From: Eledone cirrhosa
Lineage: Eukaryota
Reading direction: 5' to 3'
NCBI GenBank assembly: GCA_964016885.1
Contig: OZ024740.1
Location: 198,090,001-198,154,000, forward strand
Length of the DNA stretch: 64,000 bases
The notes below the pieces were generated by a model. It had not been told where the DNA came from, searched no databases, and saw only the letters and a program-made list of their open reading frames with translations. Positions 40,261-56,049 of this stretch are shown here, piece by piece. The translations under genes and the position numbers were made by a program. Positions within the stretch are counted from its first letter, which is position 1, and each line of letters starts with the position of its first letter.

Positions 40261-42401
40261 ATGTTATATTTATTGCTTCATTTTAAGACGCTTTAGTATT
40301 TTATTGAAGAAAAAATAAATTTCAAAACTTTCTCCAATAAGACCGCAATATTACCGAATTTCCGTACCAATCAACAATTTGTGTTTGTCCAATATTATGT
40401 ACAGTTGAAGAAAGAATAAGGACGTTTGGTGGAAAGTGGGTGATAAATAAATTTCCTCTTATCATATCTATTAAAATTGTCAATTCAGTTACACCTATAC
40501 GAAAACATTTTACATAAATACGTTATTTACAGTAAAACACGCAGAATATATGAAGTTAACAAATACAATGAGACAAAATAAAAGAGTGTATTTGATAACT
40601 CAGGACATGTTTAGTTTAGATTTAAAATAAGAGAAATACAAGAGGTAGAATCTTTATAACGTTATGTTAAAAGTTTTGCGTATTTGTTCCAGCTCTCCTA
40701 GCTGTGTTCAAATACCATCGAGACCAACTCTGAATTTTATCTTTTTTAGATCGATAAATATAGCAGCAGATAGATAATAATAGGATAGATTCTTTTTTTT
40801 ATATCTCTCCGATTTTTTATATCTCTCCAATAGATTCAAGTGCCCAAGACGGTATTCCTACGAATGTACCAAGAATTCCGAGCACATGAATCAGTATATA
40901 ACATAAACAGATATTCTCCTCACAATATTTAATTGAGAATAAATATAGTGCACTGTATGGAATTGAATTCTGTTCAACACATATAACGATGAATATTAGC
41001 GGTTACGCACAATACAACGTGTTTTAGCAAATCTGAAGACATATTTAATGCAAATATAATAATCGTTTTCGCTGTGAAGACGTAATCCAACGTGAAACAC
41101 TCTGTCACTCAATAGATTGTCGTTACATATTTTGTTGGTTTTGCTGATCCATCAGAAGACAAGTACCTAACTTCTATTTAATACAAATAGCTAATGGTAT
41201 TTGTATCAAGCACAATCCAGAAACTAGTTGAAACATTTAGTTTTATTTGCATAATGTAATTAATTAAATAAGTCTTTCTGCTCAACACAGTGTAATTATT
41301 ATTGTAGTCTTTTACTGGTTTCAGCCAGTCGACAGTGACCTTGCTGAGATACCACCTTGAAGGGATTTGGGGCATTATATCAATACACTTACTTACTTTC
41401 TCATATCTGACACCTATTTTATCGATCTCTTTTTGTAAAACCTCTAATTACAGAACATGAACAAAGATTTAATATATCATAGTTATGACTACAGTTTTTA
41501 AATGTTAAATCACGCTGTGAAATCATTTTTATTTACCCTCTTCGTATGTATGAATTTGTATCTATAATCACAATGTTTGACATAAGGCACCCAAATAAAT
41601 TTCCACACTACATATAATTTAACGATATTTACTTATATATACCCTAACCCCATATGTTATTGTGTTATATATATATATATATACATATATATACTTATAT
41701 AGTCCCGCTTCCACGAATTCACTGCTTTTCTATTGGATGCATTCAATACAAGAATGAATATACAAAACACAACTGATTGATCGATAAATACTTTACCGTA
41801 GGGAAATCAATAGGATTGCCTCAAAGTTATAATTTGAATGTCATTTGATTGTTTATCCTGAGATTAAAGATTAGATAAAGTTATCAGACATTGACAAGCT
41901 ACTATGTATACATGTAGTCAAACACTAAGTCTACTTTCTTACTATTTCTAATAATCTATGCTTATTGGAGATTTATCTCAGAAAATATGACTTGTTCTCT
42001 TTCGGCAGATAGTCTAGAGAATTGTTTTCAGTATCGTGACCAGTTTACGGTGTCAGTTCGCACAGCGATCATCATTATTTGTATTTTAACTTTAGTTGGG
42101 AAGGCGCGTAGATTAGTGGTTAGAGTGATGGATACAGGATTTTAAGATCGTAGGTTCGAATGATGGACCAGACAACGCATTGTATTTTACGGCAAGGCGC
42201 TCTACTTCATGTTGTTTTTCATGATAGGACTGGGTCCCCTGTAATTAAAATGCCCATGAAACATCCCATAAGATGCTAACACGTATGAGGTTAATAACAC
42301 ATGCATAAGTGTGAACTGCATATTTCATTTCATCGATCATCAGTCTCCGTAAAAATACCTCTAAAATACCTATAATATACGTACATATACACACATTTAC
42401 A

Positions 42402-42505
<104 letters not shown>

Positions 42506-43119
42506 CACACTCATATTACTTCATATATATATGAATTAACAACTAAACATATATGAAATACGACTCTGTTGTATGTAAGGAATCAAACCATTATTAAATG
42601 GTAGTTTGGTAGGCAGAGTATGTTGGCTCTCCTAATACACCTCACCCATCGTATCTTCTGACGTTTTTGCTAATACCTCCACTTTAATTATTTCCTGGTA
42701 AATGACATACACATGAGATGAACAGTTAACTCATTTTTCTTCGAGCAATTGAATGAGTAGCTGATGATATGTTCATTTGTATAGATTGGATACAGACTAA
42801 GAAATTGAGATAGATACAAACTGGTGATGAAGTAGATACAAAATGAAGGCCTTATAAATTCATGAACAATCAATTCATTTTATACACCATTCCATATCAT
42901 TCTGTGCGTATTCTGGAGATACACTGGGCCCCAAATTCTCTAAGATCTCCGATAAACGCATTGGGTAACACCTCTACGATGCTTTCGATTATGAAACACA
43001 CAATGTTTATTATGATACAAAATAACGCCTATGAAAATATGAGTGCCCTGGAGGGGATTAATTTATGGGAATATTTTAGTTTCAAGGCCAAAACGTTTTA
43101 CAAGCCTAGTTCTTCTGAT

Positions 43120-44010
<891 letters not shown>

Positions 44011-44491
44011 ATATCTTTGATTTTCTTTCGGTTTCGAGAAAGAGTTCGTTCCAGGTTGTCAATCAAGGAAACAATCTGCTCTTGAAATTAACGTCCAAGT
44101 GTCTAACTGTTTCGCAGACAGACGTATGCTTAACTAACGTAAATCTCAGGTAGATTGATCATGATACAGTGTATGATACGGCTGGCCTTTTGAATTACAT
44201 GTACAGTCCATCGACCGGATTCTAAAAACACTTTTTCTCTTCAATGTTTCACTTACAAGGTTGGGAGGGAATCCGTGTCTATAGTAATACACTCAAGCCC
44301 GAAGTGACACGTACAGGAACAAAATCACAAAGCTCATGATTGTGAAGCGAAATTCATAACCATTCGGCTATACTTTGCGTCAAAGTAGCAAATATGAAAT
44401 AAAATCAGCTAGAAAGGTTAAAGGTTAAAATCTGTCCCAAGTTAGAAGAGGCGCATCAGATCTGTGCTTATTACGGTTGCATTTACGTTAA

Positions 44492-44712
44492 CCCTTTAAT
44501 GTTCAAACCGGCCAAGACCGGACAGAATTTTCTACCCTTTTCTGTTGAAACTGACTGTAACTGGTCACTCAAACTGATGTGAAGGTATTGTTCTCAAAAT
44601 AAATACTTTCAAAATTTCATAGATTCGATGTTATGTGAGATATTATGTGAGGTAAAGCCTTTACCATGAACATATAATAGTATATATAGAGAGTAATGTG
44701 AATGCTAAAGGG
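44492..44712. mobile_element. piggyBac-type MITE
   Basis: TTAA|cccttta ... taaaggg|TTAA. Confidence 0.75.
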
Positions 44713-45893
44713 TTAAGCAACTTGGATGAGAGGAAACTCCTTTGGATGGGATGCCAGTCCAACGCAGGCTCAAACTCACGTACTGCTGGCACTCAATTTC
44801 AGCTGATAAGAATGAAGTAACTTGAAATGAAGTGTTTCTTTCAAGAATACAATATCCTACGTCGTCCAGGAATCAAATAACATTCCGATTCTCGGTGCAG
44901 AACCTTAACATCTAAATCACGCTCCTTCAAAAGTGGAAAGAACATATTCGTGAAATTGTCTTTTTTCTTTTGTTTAAATCGTATTATTTTATATAGGGTT
45001 TTATGTCTTAGAATGCGTGTTTGTTTATGTGTGTATATATCGCATTTATTCTAATTTAGTAGATTGATGCCGTCGTAGATTGATGGCTTGTATATAATGT
45101 TTCACCAAATATAAATTCTAGATTTCAATCTAACTTGTCAGATTGTCAATCGAAATATTCATCAAATCAGACATTTTACTAAAATACTATAAGTGCAAAG
45201 TATTTATTGCTGTTTTATGTATATATAATCATCTCTCTGCGATGTTTATAGTGAATTTCCCTATAGAATTTTCTTTAGAAAGATCGCAAGAAATAAACGG
45301 TTATATCATATTTAAAACAGACCAGATATATACCTTATAAACTGATTGTTAACAGCAATCAGACACTATATTGTTAGATATTTGTTTGGTAGTGAGATAA
45401 ACTCTTGGTCAGAATTCTATAGAATCTCCGATTTAGATATTGCTAATATTCCCTTAATGATCAGTTCTGAATAAGATGTTGACAACAAGTGCATACCAAT
45501 CAAATTTATATTGAAGATCTCCTCTTTCACCCGGAAATCAAAACCACTATCATCCCTATACATACTCTTAATTATTAAAAACGATAGTGAAATGTTCAGA
45601 CGAAATTGGCTTTGGCTCAGATAGTCGTTGATATATATTGAGTAATGGATAACTAATTTTACCAATGATACACTTAATTAATGTAATGCGGGTTCAAATG
45701 TTAAATATATCACGTTAAAAAAAAATTCACGTTAGTCCAATCTTTCACCGCCTCCCTCTCTCAACATGTATTTCTCTTTATTACTCTTTACCTCAATGTG
45801 CCCCTTTCGTATTCTATTGTGATTCACAACGAATATAAATTTCTGGCGTTAAATGTTGTTTTTCCTCGCATTTAATCTTTATTTGCTTTCTCC

Positions 45894-45938
<45 letters not shown>

Positions 45939-45965
45939 GCACACGTATACACACAGACATATCTG

Positions 45966-46032
<67 letters not shown>

Positions 46033-46280
46033 CAGTCCCTCTTCTTTTCTCTCTATTTCTACCGAACGGGGAATGATCGAAATAATTGCCCCATTTTTCA
46101 ATAAAAAATAACAAAATATATACAAATGAATTTGAATGAATTGCTATTTCATGCATTAACATAATTCTCATTAATTGAACGGTAACTGGCGAAGAAGAAT
46201 ATATATGGTTTGTGGTGGATCAATTTTTAAGATATCTGAGTACATGGCTGGGACAAACATAAAGACAACCCACATACACA

Positions 46281-46800
46281 CAGGACCGGCGCTACCATAT
46301 AGACAAACTAGGCAGTCACCTAGGTCACTGATTTCTCCAAATTAACAACAATTTTGAAAAATAAATAAATATATTTCAGTTTTATTGAGGGTCGGTTTTA
46401 ATTCTGGTTTATTTCATACAGGGACAAATAATCGGGTAGATTCAGTCTGACCAGAACAAGCAAAATAAGTGAGTGAAAATTATGCGTATATGAAACTTTC
46501 AGGACGCAATTACACTCGCGTGTTTTTATAGGCCACGACTTTTTCCGACAAAAACTTTTGGATAATTTCCCCAATGTTGCTATTGCATTGAGGTCCTCCT
46601 CCCACTTCCAGTATCATGAGCAAGTGGTGAGAGTAGTTTCTCAAAGCTGAAGCTTATAAAATCTTACATTCCCTTTACAATGTTGCTAGAGAGACTTGTT
46701 GGCTTATCAACTATATCAATTGAACATGCTCAGGCTTCATCACTTGGTCAGCTGAATTGGTTATAACTTTGCCGAGAAAAAGGCACATAAAATGAGATTC
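46281..46800 (+). mobile_element. hAT-type DNA transposon remnant
   Basis: 5' end caggaccggcgctaccat...aactaggcagtcacctagg; 46678-46795 encodes decayed hAT dimerisation-domain residues (TMLLERLVGLSTISIEH...FAEKKA). Confidence 0.55.
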
Positions 46801-48007
46801 TAAATTGTCTTTCTGTCTGCATTTATCCCTCAGCCAAATTTGGTTTCAGGTGTATATTAGCAGGGGCGGTGGAAGTATTTCTGAATTGGCGCGCTGGTGG
46901 GGGTGGTGATCAAATTTGGACAATTTTGCTGTCGTCATTAGTTTTGTGTAAGTGATTCATATTGATACAGCAACTGGAGAATCTAATAAATTTATTTTAC
47001 ATTAAAAAAACAACAACATTATATATGACAAAAGAAGATTACAAGAAATCCCATATTTAAGAACGTACACTATACAAGTACTGATTTTTCAAGCCACCTC
47101 CCATTATTGCCACCCCTCCTACACAAAACTCTCTTCAAATGCCCCTCTCTATATCATTTAACCCCCCCCCCCCCACTTCTTTATATCTACTACACGGAAC
47201 TGTCTCCCAGCCCCGTCTCATTATCAATTATCACCAAACTATCACCCCTTCTATATCTACCATAAAACACACTCTCTCTTCCCTCTCACTCTATCCATCA
47301 TTATCCAAATCCCCACTCTCTCTATATATCAATACCTATCTTTATCAATCCTCTCATGTATGTATGTTTGCGTGTCTGTGCTTGTGTGTATGTAACATTA
47401 TTTTAGTTTATTCATTGAGGCATTGATGAAGTTATTCTCATTAAGTTTATCATTGTGTTTCCAATAGTTGTAAACAACATTTCCCAACCAGTAGATTTCT
47501 GCTTTCATGTAATATGTGTAGTATTCTCTACTTTGTTACTGTTTGGGGGTTTATTCTCGTTCTTTTCTGTATTATGTTAGAGTTTTGTGTATTTCTTGTG
47601 ATTTATTGTTACAATACTCCAATGTGTTGGTGACTCACATTTACTAAGTGATTTACTAAGTGTCGATGGTATTCCGTGTATGATATCTGAAATGTGTTAT
47701 AATATTGAGAAGAAATTGAGCAGAAACTACAAAACATTTCTCTGGAATGCTGATGGTGAATATCCTTTAGTTTTGTATAGAATTTCCTTTTGGATGAGTG
47801 TAAAAAGTAAAAATGTTTATCAAACAAAGCATCCCTATACTTTACCGACATATAGTTGAAACCGTTGCTGTTAAGTGAGGGAGTGAGAAAATAATAAAAC
47901 TGAATAACGAGATAACAAAATAGCATCTGAATAGACATAGGTAGATATTAAAAAAGGAAGATATTTAGTTTGTTTTTTAGATTGTTAGACACATACATAC
48001 GCACTCG

Positions 48008-48053
<46 letters not shown>

Positions 48054-48136
48054 GGAGGTGAGTTTTATTGTAGTACAATAAAGCAATGCAGATATCGGAT
48101 AAGAAGCACTCTACAGTTTGTAGGACTGGAGTATAC

Positions 48137-48884
48137 ATAATATAAGATGAAAAGATGGTTAAAGGAGTTCCATGTATTTTATTATGCGCATTTCAAAAAG
48201 AAACATCATCATGCAATAATATTTGTGTTTTCATCAGATAAAACAGGAGAACATGATATGAAGGCTAAAGAACACTTGTGGATAGTGCAGTTTTAAATCA
48301 ACATATGAAAAGTGGTTTTAGATTGATGTGTGATATTGGGAAAAATATTTTATTTAGAGAGGGAGGGGGGTGGGGGTGGAAAGGATGAAAAAGGGGAGAA
48401 GATGAGAGGGAGAGATGGGTGATAGAGAGAAAGAGATAGTTTTTATAACTGAGAGAAGATATATTGTTTATATAGAGAGGTTGAAAACCGTTGGAAGATA
48501 ATGTATAATTTTAATTTATACATTATCTTCCAACGGTTTTCAACCTCTCTATGTAAAACAATATATTTTCTCTCAGTTATAAAAACTATCTCTTTCTCTC
48601 TATCACCCATCTCTCCCTCTCATCTCCTCCCCTTTTTCATCCTTTCCACCCCCCCCCCCCTCTCTAAATAAAATATTTTTCCCAATATCACACATCAATC
48701 TAAAACCACTTTTCATATGTTGATTTAAAACTGCACTATCCACAAGTGTTCTTTAGCCTTCATATCATGTTCTCCTGTTTTATCTGATGAAAACACAAAT
48801 ATTATTGCATGATGATGTTTGTTTTTGAAATGTGCATAATAAAATACATGGAACTCCTTTAACCATCTTTTGATCTTATATTAT
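48137..48884. repeat. Near-perfect ~370-bp-arm palindrome between (TA)n tracts
   Basis: Centre gataatgtataa-ttttaat-ttatacattatc at ~48497-48527; arms match base for base with few substitutions. Confidence 0.95.
48778..48844 (+). ncRNA. Type I hammerhead ribozyme (mirror copy at 48177-48243 minus)
   Basis: Stem I TTTTAT/ATAAAA; core CTGATGA (48784-48790) and GAAA (48827-48830); long stem II aaacacaaatat/atgtttgttttt; palindromic stem III ATG(T/C)GCAT; predicted cleavage after AUA (48838). Confidence 0.8.
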
Positions 48885-49612
48885 ATATATATATATGTAT
48901 ATATATATATGTGTGTGTGTATATGTGTGTGTGTGCAGGTGTATCTGTATATATATAAAGGAGTGCGATAGCTGCCGAACTGTACAATGAAGTTATATCT
49001 GTAAACATGCCAGAAAATAGGATTTTCTGTCCTAGTTCGGCTCTCATCAGAAGGCGTGTATGTGATTCAAACAACCACGAAGATACATGTATTTGATGGG
49101 CTTATATATCCATTCTCTCCTAGTATGAGTCTGGAATAGACGTAATAACTTGCATATAATTAGCGCTCGTGTTGGTAGATAATTAAGATATATATTAAGA
49201 AGTGTACTAGCCCTAGCTGCCGAAATATACGATAAAATTATTATTGTATACATACAGAATGGGTAATCAAGAGGGCATCAATGTATATGCAAATGTATAT
49301 ATATATATATATATATATGGTATAAACAATGTTTCATAAACTTAACAAATATGTGCCACCATTAGTTGTGGGGTCCAGTTATGGTCACCACTGGATATTA
49401 TAGATTGGAGGAGTCACTTCCAAACTGGCCCTTCATCGGGCACGTAATGGTCACACATACTGTGTATGAAAAAACTTTTTTACTATATAAACTATCTTGC
49501 AAAAGATTGAGCATTATTTTACTTGATCTTTCATCTACCGATATCCTCCATATATACATACATATATAAACACACACACACACACATACACATACACACA
49601 CACACGCACGCA

Positions 49613-49688
<76 letters not shown>

Positions 49689-51954
49689 AAATAATACAAT
49701 TAAATGTATTAAGCAAAAATTTAATTGTTTTATATTGTGTATCTCTGCTCTGTAATACATCTGATAATTTACATTGAGCTACTTCTCTTATTGGTAATCG
49801 GGTAGTGCGTTGTTGATATTGCTGTGCAACGAGCATCGACATAGGTGTGTAACTGCTCTTCGTTAGTCAAACAAGACCGGATGCCTTACAAAGATTCTGT
49901 TCTCCAAGGTGTGAACTCAAATGTAAATTACCACTCACACCTATGCAGATTTTGATAGTCTCCTACGTTGCTGCACCGCATACAAGGTTTTAAGGTGTTT
50001 CAATGACAAGAACTTCTGCCGTATCGTGAAATTCAACGCAAAATAAAGTGTCTTGTTTAAGATCACAACTCACCATCCATTTCATTATTGATATGCTTCC
50101 AACAAACTATCCACACGGCTACACGATTTCATTTCATCAAGGTTTGACAGATCGGCATATGTCAAGTTTGTCTTTTTCTTTGTTTTTTTGTTTTATAGTT
50201 CTTTCTTTTTTACACTTTTTTCTATCCTTCTTTGTTGCCACTACTGTTGTCACATTTGCTATCATTAGAACAGCTCGTGGCGCTAACTAATTGGATGACG
50301 CCAGGAACACGTGATCTGTGACATCTGCTACATTTGTCAATGTCTCTTGCAATATGACCTTATAGATGTGCAGCTGCTCCCTACCTCCATGCATTACTTT
50401 CTTACACGATATCTGTTATACAATTAGCCTATATTTTCTCGCGAAGGCTAGCTTGATTTTTAGTCTACTCTCTAGCTGATTTAATACTCTATCTAATATG
50501 TTTTGATTATACGTCCTATGTCTGATTTGGAAACGGAGATAAATCTAATTGATGGGTTTTTCTCAAAGTCGTTTCTATAGGTTATTTTTTTCAAAGTCAA
50601 ATGTAGATTGTTTGGTTTCGAAGCGTTCACTACGGTCAGCCCATTCACTTCAATGAATTTAACAAAAGACAACAACTCAAATACTCAAACGCACATCTCT
50701 GTATACGGGTTGTATGTTTGCGCATGAATCTCAACTTTACATACTTCACATAATGAGGCCATCATTAATTTCTTCTTCTTCTTCTTCTTCTTCTTCTTCT
50801 TCTTCTTCTTCTTCTTCGTGGTATTCGGGAGAATGTAAGATATTTTCTGCTGTCCGGAAACCTAGCCCCAATGAAGTCTTTTCGAAACACCCAATGAAAA
50901 GGTTTTGATATTAAACCGGGCGACAAATTAAATCTAACACACGAAACCAAAAATGAAGAAGAAAGGTGACCAAACAAGTTTACACACATAGTATAAATGC
51001 ATCCGACATAACAACAACCATTGACCATACAAGCATGCTAATGACAACGAAACAACCTTCACAGAGTAAACAGCAGCGGATAGGTTTGTCTATCCCTCAT
51101 GTGATGGTTTCTATTTGAGTTAGATAATAAATGTAGTTACTGCATCTATTAGCGGTGTTTATCAGTTCTCTTCGTGTTAATTCACTTCTTAAGTGAGTCA
51201 TTAAAGTCTGTAAGCTATGAACTTCAACGCTATGAATGTAATTGCTATTGCCTTCTAAAACATAATTAGCATGGATGTTCCTTGCATCAATAACGAATAC
51301 ATTTCACTTCAAATACTTATCACTAGTGAAACATTTGAACTGGATGAGATTGGCTCACCATTAACCTGTGTACACATACGCAGACACAAACACACTCACA
51401 TTCAATAGACTGAATAGATGATTGTGTAACCAATTGTTTATGCAATAGCGGCGCTGCTGTGTAAGGCTTATTGATGTGCATCTGGGGAGTGCATGCTTCA
51501 CGGAGGGTGTCTGTCGATTAGCATGTGTCGTTCTAACTGTGAGTGTGTATATGTGGGAGCGTCAGGTGTGTGTTTGTTTGTGTGTGGTGTTAGTGTTGGG
51601 GTAGTTAAGTGGATCTCACACAGAGTATGATGCAAGAATTGGTTAAGTGCGTGATGGTAAGGTAATAAGTACTTTGACGTGAGAGCGGTACTCCAGGAGA
51701 TGATGACCGGGGTCTGGTCAGATGAGAATATGGCACGTAGGTCAAAAATAGAGGAATTTAAAAATGAAGTGGGATGGGGAGTGAGTTGAAGAGTGTGCGT
51801 GTGTGGCCACAAATGAGTAGTACATCGTGGTAGAGGTCAATAATGTGGGTTACAAACAGAATGCATGGCGATTTGTTGATGCTACCAAAGAAATGCTTAC
51901 GCGGGATTTGTTGATCTCCCTGAAGTATATGATGGTTTCTGATTTAGACACAAT

Positions 51955-52080
51955 GTTGACAATTTTAGGGCAAGGGGAAAGTTGATTAAATCGACCCTAG
52001 TGCGTAACTGGTGCTTCATTTTATCGACCTCGTAAGGGTAAAAGGCAAAGGTTAACCTCTGTGGGATTTGAACACGAGAC
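51955..52080 (-). mobile_element. Older SINE fragment
   Basis: ttatcgacctcgtaagggtaaaaggcaaaggttaacctctgtgggatttgaac. Confidence 0.75.
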
Positions 52081-52087
52081 ATAAAAG

Positions 52088-52705
52088 CATGCGCATCGGC
52101 GTTTCCCTGAGGCTCGGCCTCCGGATTTGCCAGCCACACCAATGTCGCTGCGGTTCCACCGTGGAATCTTTCGGCCTCCACCCGCTTTCCTGTCTCCACA
52201 GTGCCGGCCGCATTCCACGCCATGCTGCCCTCAACGAGGTCATTAAGCATGGCTTGGACGCTGCAGGCTTCCCTTCCCAGTTCGAACCGGTGGGGCAGGA
52301 TCTAGGGGACGGCAAAAGGCCAGATGGCATGACCATCTTCCCGTTCTGCGATGGCAAACCCCTCGTCTGGGATGCCACTTGCACCAACACTTTCTGCAGC
52401 CGCAACCTGGTGCAGTCTGCGACTGATCCAGGTTCTGCGGGGGCCAAACTCTTCAAATACCGGTCGCTCTCCAACAGGTTTGCGGTCGTAACCTTGGCAG
52501 TGGATATTTCTAGTGTCCTCGGCCCCAGGGCTACCTCCTTACTCACCACCATAGGCGCTGAGCAGGCCAGCCGCAGGTATGAGCCCCGCGAGTTGGTGTG
52601 TCTCTTCCAGTGCGTCTCTCTCGCCGTCCTCCGGGGAAACGCCTTCTCCATTCTGTCCGCCGGGGCTGTGGGTGGGCCCCAATGCGTACCGTTGTAGTTG
52701 TTGTA
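52088..52705 (+). mobile_element. 5'-truncated CRE-clade non-LTR element (CCHC + RLE domain)
   Basis: RIGVSLRLG..C.PH.C.CG......LHPLSC....GR..RH..LN...EP......KRPDGMT..P...GK.LVWD.TC..T; ends in gttgtagttgttg. Confidence 0.85.
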
Positions 52706-53188
52706 GAAGAAACAGGAAGACAACTGGAAAGTTTGATTTTCTAGAATTAACACAATCAGATATTTACAGGATGTTTCCCCAATATACATTTAAAAGCATG
52801 TTGTCTAACGCTCTATTGATACTACCAATCCACCGCTCTTCCCGGAAATATATAACGCTTGATGGGTGAGTAGTAGATGTTTTTGTTTTATATCATATCT
52901 GCTAAGATAATTATTTTATAATTATTTCATATATTTTTCTAATTAATTTGTCCGCTGTATAAAGACCTTGAACGTACGCTTTTACATAACTTTGTCCAGA
53001 CTTACTTGTATTGTTTACAATGATTACTTTCCTGTATGAGCAAACACAAGAGAGTATAAAGCCATAATTATTGTTCTCCCATGAAATTCGCAATGGGCTA
53101 AATCTTCAATCACTAGAAAAATGCAAACAGGTAGATAGGTCGTATAAGACAAGGAAAGCAGATACTTTAATGAAATGTGTAAACTTTA

Positions 53189-53266
<78 letters not shown>

Positions 53267-53896
53267 AGTGTGTGTGGGTGTGGGTGTGGGTGTGTGTAAT
53301 ATAACAGACATATCGGCCATGAAATGGTATTCAAATTTGGTTTCCATTTCAAAATTCTGTGCATATGAAATATATGTCTACTGACGAGGCCGATACGTGT
53401 GTCCGTATATAATCATTTGTATATAAAAAGAAAAAAATATTCCTATTTATATTAGCATCACAGCGCTGTCTAATGAAGCGAAACACATACAGCGTGAGAA
53501 TGCATCAATTGCGGAGTACAGAAGCGAGTTCGAAATATTTTATATAATATTTCTTCTGTCTGTTCATTTACACGCTTCTTTCCAGACACAAATTATAACT
53601 TAACACATAAATTCTACAACGAGATGCATTTAAATTTATCCTTGTATGTATAACATACTATTACTGCTTCACTAAGCTTCATATATATCAATTTGAAAAA
53701 TTGATTATTTCAGTTTGGACGAATATTCAGCATCTACATATCAAACGTCGACCTATGCATATTATATATATATTATATATATATTATATATATATATTAT
53801 ATTATATATATATTATATTATATATATGTTATATTATATTATATTATATATATATTATATTATATATATATATATATTATATATATATATATATAT

Positions 53897-54006
<110 letters not shown>

Positions 54007-54024
54007 TATATATATATATATTCA

Positions 54025-54055
<31 letters not shown>

Positions 54056-54071
54056 ATATACGGACATACAT

Positions 54072-54118
<47 letters not shown>

Positions 54119-54166
54119 CAGACATACATACATAAACACACACATATATACATATATATGTATATA

Positions 54167-54197
<31 letters not shown>

Positions 54198-54246
54198 CTG
54201 TGTGTGTGTGTGTATAAATATGTGGTTTCCTCGGTCTTAAGACCAC

Positions 54247-54328
<82 letters not shown>

Positions 54329-54329
<1 letters not shown>

Positions 54330-54686
54330 TAGCTGACGTACCCAGCTTCGCCCGGGTAAACAGATGATAAGAGAAGACAGGTAAAAGAGAAAATGACTGT
54401 ATTGGATGGATGTCTGATTAAAGCATGAGGCGAGTCCAGAGTCTCTGTGTAATACAAAAAAACAGTAAAAAGATCTTCCAGATATACCAGATTCTTCCAT
54501 TGTATCGTTTGTGCATAGTATATGGACAATTCTAGGTGCTCCCACATAGAATAGTGACCTCTAGGAGATGGTTCATCTACTGCCTGACTGTAAAACGTGT
54601 ATCATTGCATAGACGTGGTTGTTCCACGTTTCTCAAAAGGATGATGGAAGTTACAATCTTTTATATTGTATGTAGATATAGATATA
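54329..54686 (-). mobile_element. Non-autonomous Helitron-like element
   Basis: Minus strand ends cccgggcgaagctggg-tacgtcag-CTAG|T and starts tctatatctacatacaatataaaag. Confidence 0.65.
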
Positions 54687-55097
54687 GGTAATTAATATAA
54701 AAGATGTCCGTCAATGTAAAAAAGGTCCCTATTTACTTAAATGGTTTATACAAATGCCAAATTAAGATGGATATGGATAACATGCTTATCTATAAGTGGT
54801 CAGCTATAATAATAAAACAACACATTATATGACACAAACATTTATTCAGTAATTTCCAGGCTCTTAGCCACTGAGTAATAGACAGTCAATATTGCCCAGA
54901 GTTCAACTCGGGGAGGTGGCCTGGTTTGAACTCCAAATGGCGGATCCTTCTACTTCGAAAATAGAATCGTTTTTCAATATTACTCTAGCCCTGGCCGGCC
55001 ATAGGATCCAACCTTTTTAGACTTTCTTCCCCATAAATGCACACACAAACACACATTTACACACATGTATATGCAAATACACATTTTGTGTAGTACA

Positions 55098-55288
55098 TAA
55101 TTGTTTCTACTTTAGGCACAAGGCCAGCAATTACCCAGTGCATTACTGGTACTTTATTTTATCGACCCCGTAAGGATGAAAGGCAAAGTCAACCTCGGCG
55201 GGATTTGAACTCAGATCGTAAAGGGACGTAACTATGCTGGAAAGCATGGCGTCCGACCCTCTACCGATACTGCCAATCCACCGCCCAT
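55098..55288 (-). mobile_element. Full-length young SINE with TSD
   Basis: Complete head gggcggtggattggcagtatcgg; duplicated gtagtacataat at ~55090 and ~55295. Confidence 0.92.
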
Positions 55289-56049
55289 TTAGAGTAGTAC
55301 ATAATAATATATAAACATGAGAACTTCAACCACCTTTCCGTCTCACTATGTAACTCACCTATTTCTCGTCCCGTATTTGTAAGCACATAATCTATATTTA
55401 TTTATCAGTCTTGTTATACACACACGCACTGAGACATACATAAATACAGACACTGTGGCATACATACAAACATACATACATATATACATACATTCAGACA
55501 GAAACAGACACAGACACACACGCATACTGAGAATACATACATACATACAGACAGACAGGAACACTCACAGAAATAAACACAGACACAGACACACATACTG
55601 AGACATACATACTTACATACATACAGACATATAGATACGCACACACACACACACACATCCACATACACACAGAAACAGACATAGTCACATGTATGTTGAG
55701 TGTAAACGCACTGAATAGAGTCGAATTTGATCATGCTTCTCTTACGTGCCGATTAAAATGTGTAAAACATTTCAAATATGGGCATGAATAAATGTGAATT
55801 AATAGCGAAGGAATTCACAAAGCGGTGTTATTTCTTCTACAGTGTAATAAATGTTAACCCTTAACGTGTTGTACCACATGGAACAGTATTAACCAGACAT
55901 TCTTTAACAGCAGAAAACACCACTATGATTGCACAACAGTAAACACTTACAACCTTGCATTACACATTTCAAATAAAAACTTGTTTGTACAGATGTTCTA
56001 CTGAATTACCTGCTATAAATACTATTACTATTATTAGCGTAAAAAATTA

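Noticed and set aside
45417-45665. Possible Penelope RT relic (YRDD motif)
   Set aside because: A single short motif in AT-rich sequence; not enough support.
53463-53495. Hammerhead-like cgctgt-CTAATGA-agc-GAAAcacatacagcg, plus CTGACGAggcc at ~53380
   Set aside because: Core mutated, stem II absent and stem I out of register; single copy.
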